DNA of 59,853 nucleotides, counting the filler. It is 3 parts of 3 records of this genome, joined end to end, with 100 filler letters (N's around TTAATTAATTAA, not from the genome) between each part and the next. Parts side by side here need not be neighbours in the genome. Positions count along the whole stretch, not along the records: positions 46,506 to 59,853 come from DRR723986_11077; 2 more parts are not named here. One strand, given 5' to 3'. Shown piece by piece: positions 50,256-59,300 of the stretch; position 1 is the stretch's first letter, and each line of letters starts with the position of its first letter. A model generated the notes under the pieces. That model searched no databases. It had not been told where the DNA came from and saw only the letters and a list, made by a program, of their open reading frames with translations. The position numbers and the translations under genes were made by a program.

Positions 50256-50756
50256 ATGCGAGCAACCGTGCACATTGATTTGCGCGACGCCGAAGGGAAA
50301 ATCCTCGGCAGCCGTTTTGCGCGTAACAGCGTAATGCGCGGCGGCGCCACGCTTATTGCCAATCTTTTCACCGGTGCTGGTGCGCCGAGCTGGAAGATGG
50401 GAGTAGGTGTGAACGACGCACCGGAACCGGATACGTTCGAAAGTACCGGACTAACTGCGCCCGGCGAAGCCGACGATGCTTTGGTCGGCGGAACTGAAGT
50501 GGATATTCCGGCCGAGAATTTTAGCGTGACGCTGGACGAAGAGCGGCGCGTGGCACTGGTCACGGTGCGCGGTACAATGCCGCACACTGCGGCGGTCGGC
50601 AAAGTCCGCGAGGCGGGCCTGATTGCCAACACCGGTGGTGGGGACGTACTCTACAATCGCGTCACCTTTGCGCCGATTGACAAGCGCGACAACCATGAAT
50701 TGACACTCTTCTGGGAAGTGACCTTCCCATACGGAGATTTGCATGCCTTGTTCTGA
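50256..50756 (+). CDS. Stand-alone tail-fibre attachment/collar-like domain protein
   Basis: NSVMRGG..LIA, MGVG, VREAGL, LYNRVTF..IDK...LTLFWEVTF resembles the N-terminal domain of myophage tail fibres. Confidence 0.6.
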   Translation: MRATVHIDLRDAEGKILGSRFARNSVMRGGATLIANLFTGAGAPSWKMGVGVNDAPEPDTFESTGLTAPGEADDALVGGTEVDIPAENFSVTLDEERRVALVTVRGTMPHTAAVGKVREAGLIANTGGGDVLYNRVTFAPIDKRDNHELTLFWEVTFPYGDLHALF

Positions 50757-50910
50757 TGACGCATCGCAACATTGCGCCACTGCCTGATTTCAGGAAGGAC
50801 AAGTGACTGCGGTGGCAGAGGATTGAGACTATCTCAATTACTTCCAGTTGCTGACACGGTGACAAACAAAATTGGCTTTAATGCAAGGCAAACTCATAAA
50901 GGAATTCACT

Positions 50911-51876
50911 ATGAAATCCGCATTCCAAATACAGCTATCCGGTTATGCGCGCGCCAATCGCGACGCGTCCGTGATATTAACAAATGAATCTACCGGCAAA
51001 AAGTTAACACGTAAACCCTTCCTTGACGGACGTTTGGTAGTGCGTGACCTGGACCCAGGCTTCTATAATATGGAAGTGCGCCACCCCAATTTATTCCGTC
51101 CGGTAGATTTGCGCCGTGTGCGTCTGTTTCCGCAGCCGCAGCCCACGCGTATCAGCATTCCAGTGCCTGAGGACCTGTTTGTAGACAGCCCCATCGAAGA
51201 TATTCCAGACGCGAATCTGGGGCCTGTGCAGGAGAGTTCCAAGGCGGTGGCCGAGCAAATTTCGAGTATCGGGACCAAAAGCCCTGGTGAGGTAATCCGC
51301 GCAGCTGATTTTAATCTGTTAACAGGTGCAATTGGCGATTTGGCGGGTGCCGTGCTGGAGTTAACCAATCTGGTTTCGCCGCGTGGACATGATCATCCGG
51401 AGATCGCCGTTAAAATTTCTGAAGTTCAGGATAACCTGCGTCGTTTTGCCGAAGCATATGGCCAAAGTTTGCTTGAACTACGCCGTGAAATTGAACTGCA
51501 AAACCTGAAAGGCCAGGCGGAATCGGCACTGGATGAAGCCGGTGCGAAAGACGATGACTACGCCGATATTCGCGGCCGCATCACCGACCTGGTTAAGTCT
51601 TCACAAAGCAACACCGCCGTGTTTACGAATAAACTGGCAAAGTTTGGCACCGTGATGCAAACCAAGATTGCGCAGCTGGCCGAACAGTCGAACGACCCCG
51701 TACAGTATATGCAGAAGCCGGTTGTACAGGAACTGCAGGCCTCAGCCCAGCAATATTCGCTGGCCGGAACGCTGGTGCAGCCCGAAGCCGAGTTACGGAC
51801 TTATCAGCGTACTACTACGACGTCCGGCGGCCGCAAATTCTCAAATATCTTCACCCAGAAAGTTAATAAACTCTGA
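50911..51876 (+). CDS. Putative fibre/accessory protein: beta-sandwich, GxxIxAxxxNxL...HxH module, coiled coil
   Basis: RBS aagga before the ATG at 50911; LDPGFYNMEVRHP resembles a carboxypeptidase-regulatory-like domain; PGEVIRAADFNLL...GHDH. Confidence 0.55.
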   Translation: MKSAFQIQLSGYARANRDASVILTNESTGKKLTRKPFLDGRLVVRDLDPGFYNMEVRHPNLFRPVDLRRVRLFPQPQPTRISIPVPEDLFVDSPIEDIPDANLGPVQESSKAVAEQISSIGTKSPGEVIRAADFNLLTGAIGDLAGAVLELTNLVSPRGHDHPEIAVKISEVQDNLRRFAEAYGQSLLELRREIELQNLKGQAESALDEAGAKDDDYADIRGRITDLVKSSQSNTAVFTNKLAKFGTVMQTKIAQLAEQSNDPVQYMQKPVVQELQASAQQYSLAGTLVQPEAELRTYQRTTTTSGGRKFSNIFTQKVNKL

Positions 51877-51887
51877 CGAGGCTCAGC

Positions 51888-53579
51888 ATGCCAAACGCCA
51901 GCGAACTAACGCGCCTGACGGCCCTGCTTAACCGTTTAATTCCCCTCGCAGATGTTAAGCGTGGAGACTTAATTACAGCCGACAACTGGAACCAGTTGGT
52001 GGGGACACTCATTGAGGTCTCACAGATTGTCCTGGCTGAAGGTGCCAACAACAGCGTACTGCCACACGAACACCAGGACGAAGTTAAACTGGCATGGCTG
52101 GAACCACAGCTACGCCAGTTGATACAGGCCGGTCCACTTAGTGACCCAGCCAGTAAATCGGCATTAACGAATGTAGAGCGTGCCGTTGAACGGCTGCGCG
52201 AGCGCCTGATTCAAACAGATCAGGATTTAAGCAGCCTGCGTAAGCGCCTGGACGAGGTCCGCACACTTGATCTACAGCGAGAAAATGAGGTGATTGGCAT
52301 CCGCCGTTCGGTTGACGGCCTGGCCGATGCACGCAAGGACGTCTTTGATCTGCGCGCCTCTCTCGACACCATCAAAACTGGAGTGGCCGTTGCCCTTGAA
52401 GCCAGTGACAAGTTTACGGTTGACAACGAAATCGTAGATTTTACCGTGCTGCTCGACCGTGTTAACTCAGTTGAGGAACTCTTCCAAAACCTGAAGTTAG
52501 CTGATGGGACGCTGCTTGATGCCAAAGTCTTCGACAATCGTCTGGCCGAGTTTGCCAATAAATTTATTGACGAAGATGAGTTGCGCGAAGCGCTCGAAGG
52601 CCGCAGCATCGAAATACCTGAAAGTGCGATATCCGGCCTGCGGGATGAGTTGGAAGGCAGTGTGCTGGCGGCCTCGCGCGAGGAATGGACGACGGCAATT
52701 AACAATCTGGACGGCAGAATTCGCGATTGGGCCGATGCCGAAATTGCACAAAGAGTTGCGCCGATTGATAAACGTTCGCGCAACAACCAGACGGCGGTCA
52801 ACGAAGCTATTGGACCGACCAGTGGCTTTAACCGCCAACAACTGGACTATATGGTGAAATTCTTTGGTGAACAGTTTGGCGATGAGTTCACACCTCCGAA
52901 ACGACTCCTGGGGGTAACTCGGGTAGGCGGATTAAGCGAAGAACCTGTCGTTGCTGGAAGCCGCACAGCATCAATTGCCGAAGATGAACTGCACAAAACA
53001 ATTGCCGAAGCTACGCGGGTACAGGTAGAGGAAATGCTCCCGGCCGCCGTAAGCGCCGCCGTTAATACTGCAGTCGCAGTTTCAGTAAGTAACGCCGTAG
53101 AAACTAGCGTTAAAGCCGCCGTTGACTCAGCGCTCAACAGTCGTCTAAATTCGGCGGTAAATGCAGCTGTCAGCTCCTCGGTTAATACTGCCGTTAACGC
53201 CGCGATCAGCAATTCACTTAATAAAGCAGTGAATTCGGCAGTTGAGAGATCAGTGGGCATGGCCGTTGAAAATGCCATGCAGGACAGCATGAAAACTATG
53301 TCCGGACAAATGCGCGAGTTGGTCCAGGTCGAAGTCAAACGCCAGGTGGCCGAAGGTGGCTCCGAGGCACGCAATGACAGCCGCAGTCGCGAGGTTCGGC
53401 GCGATGACCTGACTAAAATCAGTGGTCTTGGTGATTCGCTGGTCAAACGACTCAACACATCCGGCATCACAAGTTTTGAACAGTTGGCCGAATCCGACCC
53501 GCGTGAAATTGCCAAAATACTACGCCGTTCTCTCATAGATTCACAACGAATCGTGCGCGACGCAAAACGCCTGATATAG
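51888..53579 (+). CDS. Putative coiled-coil fibre protein with 4-residue repeats and C-terminal helix-hairpin-helix domain
   Basis: RGDLITADNWNQL...PHEH; long coiled coil; (xAVx)n tract; DDLTKISGLGDSLVKRLNTSGITSFEQLA. Confidence 0.65.
   Translation: MPNASELTRLTALLNRLIPLADVKRGDLITADNWNQLVGTLIEVSQIVLAEGANNSVLPHEHQDEVKLAWLEPQLRQLIQAGPLSDPASKSALTNVERAVERLRERLIQTDQDLSSLRKRLDEVRTLDLQRENEVIGIRRSVDGLADARKDVFDLRASLDTIKTGVAVALEASDKFTVDNEIVDFTVLLDRVNSVEELFQNLKLADGTLLDAKVFDNRLAEFANKFIDEDELREALEGRSIEIPESAISGLRDELEGSVLAASREEWTTAINNLDGRIRDWADAEIAQRVAPIDKRSRNNQTAVNEAIGPTSGFNRQQLDYMVKFFGEQFGDEFTPPKRLLGVTRVGGLSEEPVVAGSRTASIAEDELHKTIAEATRVQVEEMLPAAVSAAVNTAVAVSVSNAVETSVKAAVDSALNSRLNSAVNAAVSSSVNTAVNAAISNSLNKAVNSAVERSVGMAVENAMQDSMKTMSGQMRELVQVEVKRQVAEGGSEARNDSRSREVRRDDLTKISGLGDSLVKRLNTSGITSFEQLAESDPREIAKILRRSLIDSQRIVRDAKRLI
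53043..53295 (+). repeat. Intragenic 12-nt/4-aa periodic repeat, about 20 units
   Basis: AAVS AAVN TAVA VSVS NAVE TSVK AAVD SALN SRLN SAVN AAVS SSVN TAVN AAIS NSLN KAVN SAVE RSVG MAVE NAMQ. Confidence 0.85.
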
Positions 53580-53715
53580 GCGATGGTGTGACACCAATGC
53601 GGTTAACAACAGTCACCATCCATTCCGCTAATTAACACATGCGGCATTCCTGAATGAAACCTCAGCGGAATGATGTTAAACGCTCCTATCCAGCGAGCAA
53701 ATGTAAGGCAGCAGT

Positions 53716-54651
53716 ATGATTTCCGAATTTCAGACACGTCTGGCCGAAGTCCTCGGTGCACGCCTTCCCGGTCCGTTTACCGGACGTGTGCATGTGGCGC
53801 CCTTGCCGGAAGGACTGGTTGACCCGGACACGCCCGCACTGCGCATCGGGGTTGCTGCTGCCGCTCCGCGTGCCACCGGTTTTGGTGGTGGCGCATTTAT
53901 GCAGGTTGTTAAGGGCGCAAGTTCACCGCGGCGAGTATTGGCCTTAACATGTCAGGTTCGTGTTGAAGTTTTTCCACTTTTGTCGGGCAGCGCTTCCGAC
54001 CGTGTTAACCAAATGCGATTGTTGGAGGCCGCAGCTTTTGAATTGGGTGCGGCTGATATTCGCGATGGTGCCGCATTTGACGACCAGGGCACACCCGATC
54101 CCGGTTTTTTGGTGCATAAATTGCACTTAACAGATATGTCTGCTCCCTTTGGCGCGCAAGTTGAAACGACTGACCCTGCGCCGCGCATGGACTTAACATT
54201 GGAACTGGAAGGCTGGTTCTGGCCGGTTGGTCAGCCGGGCGTTACCGGTGTTGAGATCCAGGAAACGCGCATTCGTGGTGTAGCGCTGCCGGTGGCACTC
54301 GAAGCTGCCGAAACCTTATTTGCCGGTGGCGCTTCGGTTGCATACACCTTGCGTGTTGGATCGTTGGCACAGCCCCTGGCAGCCAGTCAACCCGGGCCGG
54401 CACTTGGCGCGGACTTCCAAAGTATTGTGATTGGTTTACGTGGCGGTGGCAGTTTAAGTTCGGTGGATGCACTGCCAGACAGCACAGCTGAGAAACTGTT
54501 AATTAACGTTTCTGCCGGTACTTGCAGCTTTTTGCTTGTCCCGCCGGCGGAGGCCGGGAAGTTGGACCTGCAAGTGTCACTTGACAACGGCCAGAGTGAG
54601 GCCGGCTTGCAGTTTGCAGAGTTCAGGCTCACCGTAGAGGAGGGCAGCTGA
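53716..54651 (+). CDS. Hypothetical protein, possibly tail terminator/cap-like (Pvc16/DUF4255-like)
   Basis: N-terminal helix, proline loop, strand pattern and helix (QMRLLEAAAFEL) resemble tail terminators; context only otherwise. Confidence 0.4.
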   Translation: MISEFQTRLAEVLGARLPGPFTGRVHVAPLPEGLVDPDTPALRIGVAAAAPRATGFGGGAFMQVVKGASSPRRVLALTCQVRVEVFPLLSGSASDRVNQMRLLEAAAFELGAADIRDGAAFDDQGTPDPGFLVHKLHLTDMSAPFGAQVETTDPAPRMDLTLELEGWFWPVGQPGVTGVEIQETRIRGVALPVALEAAETLFAGGASVAYTLRVGSLAQPLAASQPGPALGADFQSIVIGLRGGGSLSSVDALPDSTAEKLLINVSAGTCSFLLVPPAEAGKLDLQVSLDNGQSEAGLQFAEFRLTVEEGS

Positions 54652-56309
54652 TGAATGCCCAGTCTCTGACAAATGAATTGACCTCGGCACTTGAAGCCGC
54701 TGTGGTTGACATGAACTCATGGTTCCCGACGGCACGTGAACTTGAGCAGATGTCCTGGGTGCGCGCCACTTTGCCGGTTGTTATGCAGACGATCACCTTT
54801 AGTGATGCAGCGCATACTTTTGGTGTGAACTGGGCTGCAGCCGCAGGTGCCACGCGCGTAGAAATTGACGCAACAAATACTGCCGGATCGGCAGCCGACC
54901 CCGCGCCAAACCTTGTCAAGATTGGGCCTTCGGGCATTCGTATGTCGCTGGACAACTTGCAGCTTAACAACTCGAGCCCACATCAGTTAATTTCGAATGC
55001 AAAGCCGACGCGTTTTGTGAGTCTGCGCCTGCAAAACTTACGCCGCGAAGACGATGCGGACAAAGAGCTCAAGTCGGACAGTGACCTGAGTGGCGGATTG
55101 CGTCTGGTGCTCTCGCAGAAAATTCCAAATGGCGAGTGGGTGCCGGTGTACACGGTACCGGCGATTCCCGCAGATGGAGTTATGCCCGCCATGTTTAGTG
55201 GTGCCAGTTTCAGGGACCGTGTTGTGCGCTTTCCAGCGATACAGGCAAGTGAAATTCGTCTGAGCCTGGTGACGGGTTCGCGCCCGGAGAGTTTCCAGAT
55301 GAAAACCGCGCTGCTGGATGGCGTTAGCGGGACGGAGGAGGTCCTGCCCGCAGATTTGGAATTAACGGCGCCGTCGGGACAGGTCCAATGGGCTTTTCCC
55401 GGAGAAATGCCGGCTGGCACGGCTTCGAACTACGTGGACCTGCGCAATGCCGTCAGCCTGGCTTTAAACGAAGATTTAACATCAGCTCTGGAGGAGCAAC
55501 GCGCACTTAACGTGCAGTTCGCTCTTAAGGGCAAAAGCGGTACAAGTGCCGCTTTTAGTTTTGGGCAGCCGCGTGGCTCCCTGCTGCGCGAACACAGAGG
55601 CATGCAGCGTTTTGAATTGCGTGGGGAAGAGACCATGCTGGACTTTGGTGACGCCTTGGACGCAAGCGCACCGCAGGAGGTATTTGCGGATTTGGCCGTT
55701 AAATACCTGGGAATGAAAGTCCTGGCCGTGCACTCGGATTTTCCGCTTGAGCCTGCTGAGCAAGTCGCCGGACAAGTGGTGGGAACATCCGATGTACTGC
55801 GAATTTTGGAAGAAGGTGCGCTGGCAGGGCGAGACGTCGCACAGCTGGCACTGGTAGGGCGCGCACCGGTAGACTGTGAAGTTGACGTTCAGCTGTTTAA
55901 GTACCAGGCCGGCGTGCTGGGAGATCCGCTGGGGATGCCTGCACGGCTGGAATTGACGGCTTCCGAAGACATTGGAACACACTGGCTGGACATCGCGGAG
56001 CTCGAAGACTGGGAAGGAGTTGTGGCTGTGCGCGCACATGCGCTCTCCGGCCGCTTTCTGTGGGCCGCACGCGAACAGCCGCTCTTGCGGATTGTAGTGC
56101 GCGATCCCGATCCGGGAGGTGCGATGTTGTATTTGCGCAACCGCGGAATCACCGCCAATCAATTTGGGATGGCCATTGAAGACGTCCAGCGGGACTGGCG
56201 CACCCAGAATTTTACGAGTCAGGTCTTCAGAAGCGCAATGCCGCAACTGTACAGTGATCTGTTTTTGACTGTGGATTTCACCGACCTGACCTTGAGGTAT
56301 CGCCGATGA
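54651..56309 (+). CDS. Hypothetical beta-rich protein (552 aa)
   Basis: Long ORF coupled to both neighbours (TGATG and ATGA overlaps); RBS gaggaggg. Confidence 0.7.
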   Translation: MNAQSLTNELTSALEAAVVDMNSWFPTARELEQMSWVRATLPVVMQTITFSDAAHTFGVNWAAAAGATRVEIDATNTAGSAADPAPNLVKIGPSGIRMSLDNLQLNNSSPHQLISNAKPTRFVSLRLQNLRREDDADKELKSDSDLSGGLRLVLSQKIPNGEWVPVYTVPAIPADGVMPAMFSGASFRDRVVRFPAIQASEIRLSLVTGSRPESFQMKTALLDGVSGTEEVLPADLELTAPSGQVQWAFPGEMPAGTASNYVDLRNAVSLALNEDLTSALEEQRALNVQFALKGKSGTSAAFSFGQPRGSLLREHRGMQRFELRGEETMLDFGDALDASAPQEVFADLAVKYLGMKVLAVHSDFPLEPAEQVAGQVVGTSDVLRILEEGALAGRDVAQLALVGRAPVDCEVDVQLFKYQAGVLGDPLGMPARLELTASEDIGTHWLDIAELEDWEGVVAVRAHALSGRFLWAAREQPLLRIVVRDPDPGGAMLYLRNRGITANQFGMAIEDVQRDWRTQNFTSQVFRSAMPQLYSDLFLTVDFTDLTLRYRR

Positions 56310-59300
56310 GTTTGCTCGATGACTTAAAAGGATTAAACATCGACGCCGTATTGACGGCGCGTGTTAACATTACGGCGAGCACGACGGATGCAGACGTTCA
56401 GGCCGTTGTGGACGGCGGATCCCTGACGCAGGTTCTGGGATCACTGGGCACGGCTATCGATGCAATTGTTAAAGGTGTCGATAATCCGGCTGCGCTCCTG
56501 GAGCCGCTCATGCAGGCCTTCCTGGCCGTGTTTGACGAGATTAAACCTGATGACTTTCCGCTGGATGATTACCGCGGAGCCATTGAAGCCGGCGCGCGTA
56601 TTCTGCTGGACCTTGCCGGAAATATTGGCGGCGACGTTTCAGAGATGAACTTTCCGGGAGGCAAACTCGGGGATCTGATGTCGCAGGCCGTCGGCTCGGT
56701 TTCGCGTTATGCGGAAGTTCAGCTGGATGGCGTCGGCAATATCAAAAGTGTCTTTGAATCGCTTGAAAACGGTGCACCTGGTGACCCTGCCGCTCTGGCT
56801 GAAATGATTGTAAGCCACCTGCTGCCATTTGACGTTAACGCTTTGAAGAGCGTGCGCGGTGGAGTCGATAGTGTCCTGAGCGGCATTCGCGATGTGAATA
56901 TCAGCAGCGATGCGGTGCAGACACTGGTTGTGGCATTCGACGGCGTCGCCATCGCCGCTGAGTCCAAAGACCGCGCCAGGCTGGATGCGGCGCTAACCGA
57001 TCTGGAACGGATACGCCAGAATACGCTGGTGGAATTGGAACGCGCGTTGGGGACGTTCAGCACTACTGTAGATGCAATTGACATTGGGCAATACCTGGGA
57101 GTAATTCAGCAGGGGGCCGATCTGATAAAAAGCGGCGAACGTGGAATCATCGATTTCCTGGAGCAGATGCGCCGCAATATGGCCTATGGGCGGCAGTTGA
57201 TTGAAAACGCCGATTCGGCGCAGTTGGCGGCCGCGGCGAATGATTTGTTTAATTATCTGGAAAACTTCCTGCAGGAAACGATTCAGAAGCCGATTGACCA
57301 GCAGGTTGAAAATCTCAAGAACTGGCTGCGCGGGCTACTCGCCAATATTCCGCTGCGCGAGTATCGCGCTAAACTGACGACTTTCATTCTGAGTATTGCC
57401 AAGGCAATCGAAGATGCTGACCTGGGGCAGTATGCCACGCAGGCGCGCGCCTTCCTGGATGAAATCGAAAATGTGATTGACAATTTTGATTTGGCGGCCG
57501 ACATCCAGTCTGCCGTGCAATCAGTTAATGCAACTCTTGACGGCTTTCTTAACACCGTTGGCGGTGAATTAACAAATATTGTTGGGGCAATCGAAGGTGT
57601 GGCTGCAGAGGCCGCCGGAATATTAACAACTGCGGCCGAGCACCTGGAGAAATTCCAGCAGACGGTTAACGAATTGACCGAGCTCTTAAACAGCCTTGAC
57701 GTTGAGCAGGCGGCTGAGCAGGTCGTGGCCAAACTTGCTGAATTGCGTCAGACGGCTGAGACTCTGCTTTCTGCCGCGCCACTGCCCGACGCCCTGCGAC
57801 CGGTGGTGGAACAGTTGGTAGCCGAGCTGGACGGCATTAATCTTGACGAAGTATTTGAGCCCGTGCACTCAGCGGTTGCGGACTTTGAGATTCCTGCCGA
57901 AACACTTGACCCGCTCTATGAAATCATCGAGGAAGCGGCCAAACTGATTGAAAATCTGATCACACCGGAGCTTATCAGTTCGATTGATGCTGAGATTAAG
58001 AAGATTACCGACGAGATTCGCAAGCTGGACCCGGCGGTGCTGCTGGCGGATCTGGACCAGTTTGTGCTGGATGCAGCGCAGTTCGTGCGCGAGCTGGATC
58101 CGCGCCCTCTCGTGGCTGAGATTCGCGAACCATATGATAAACTGCTTGAACTCTTTGACGCGGCACATCCGAATCAACTCCTCTCACCCGTATTTGACGC
58201 TTATGACTCTTTGCTGGGCGGTATAGAGCTGCCCGACAGTGATGGAGCCATACAGTCGATGAGTTCCGCTGTGTCTTCGGCGGGGCAGCAGGTCTCAAAT
58301 GCAATGACGCAGCCGATTCGGAGCATGGCGCCCGATGGTGCGATTGAAACGGTTGAAGACCCTGAGAACCCACCGGAGGAGCAAACGCAGGAGCCACCGA
58401 ACGTTGAAGAATTCAGACCCGGCGATGTCGTCCGCATGCTCGGCTGGGTGCCACAAAAACTGCGTGAAGGCCTTGAGGCTCTGAACGAAAGTGGCGCCGG
58501 TGACGCGGTCCGCGCAGTTGACAAATATTGCGGCGGACTGGCGCGCGATTTGCGCGCCGTGCAGGCCGAATTGTGGGCTGCCGAGGAACGCCTGGTCGAC
58601 CAGCTTGACATGCTGGTTCTGCCGCTGCGCGAAGCCCAGTTTAAGGCGCAAATTGCGATTCGCGTAAACTTTTCGAGCGATATCGTCGATCTGGAAATGA
58701 ATGCGATGATGCTTGCCGTAGCCAAGGCTGGACCGGGCGAGATGCGCCGATCTCTGGCTGTGGCGGCCGACGACACGCGTGAGCGTCTGCGCGTTCTGGT
58801 ACGCGGTAGTGGTGGTTCGCTGGGAGCGCTGCTCGAGCGTACGGCTACAGCACTTGAGGGCTGTTCGCTGGCGCAAATTGGCGATAATCTGGAGGGTTTG
58901 TTAAACGCACTGGATCCGGAACCGATAGCGAAGGAATTGGACGATCTGGTAGCCGCCGTGCTGCGTAAGGCGCCAGAGGTGGCCGCCGCAGTGGATGACG
59001 CGGTGCGCGTCAGTATTCAGCGTTTGCTGGACTTGTTAAAAGTGTACAATCCGCTCAACCAGGCCGAGAAGTTTTTGAGCGTGTTAGACGTTTTGCGCGA
59101 AGAGATAGATCTGCTCAATCCACGGCGCCTGGCCGCCGAGCTGGGAGAAGTCCATGCGGCAATTCGCACGACCATTAGCGCCTACGATCCTGGCGTCTTT
59201 GCGGAAGAAGTTTATGACGTGGTTGAGGCTGTAGCCAACAAACTCGAGAGTTTAACAATTGCGAATCTGGGGCTGGACTTAAGTTTCCTGGATACGTTGA

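Noticed and set aside
50880-50910. ggcaaac as the start of a c-di-GMP-I riboswitch
   Set aside because: The rest of the motif (GNRA-capped P2 and downstream GCAAAG/P3) is absent
53043-53295. Periodic DNA resembling a CRISPR or VNTR array
   Set aside because: Periodicity is at the protein level with degenerate codons; there are no repeat-spacer units and no cas genes
52847-53536. Long antisense ORFs in contig 3 (also 55482-56246 and 58201-58876)
   Set aside because: Shadow frames of GC-rich coding genes on the + strand
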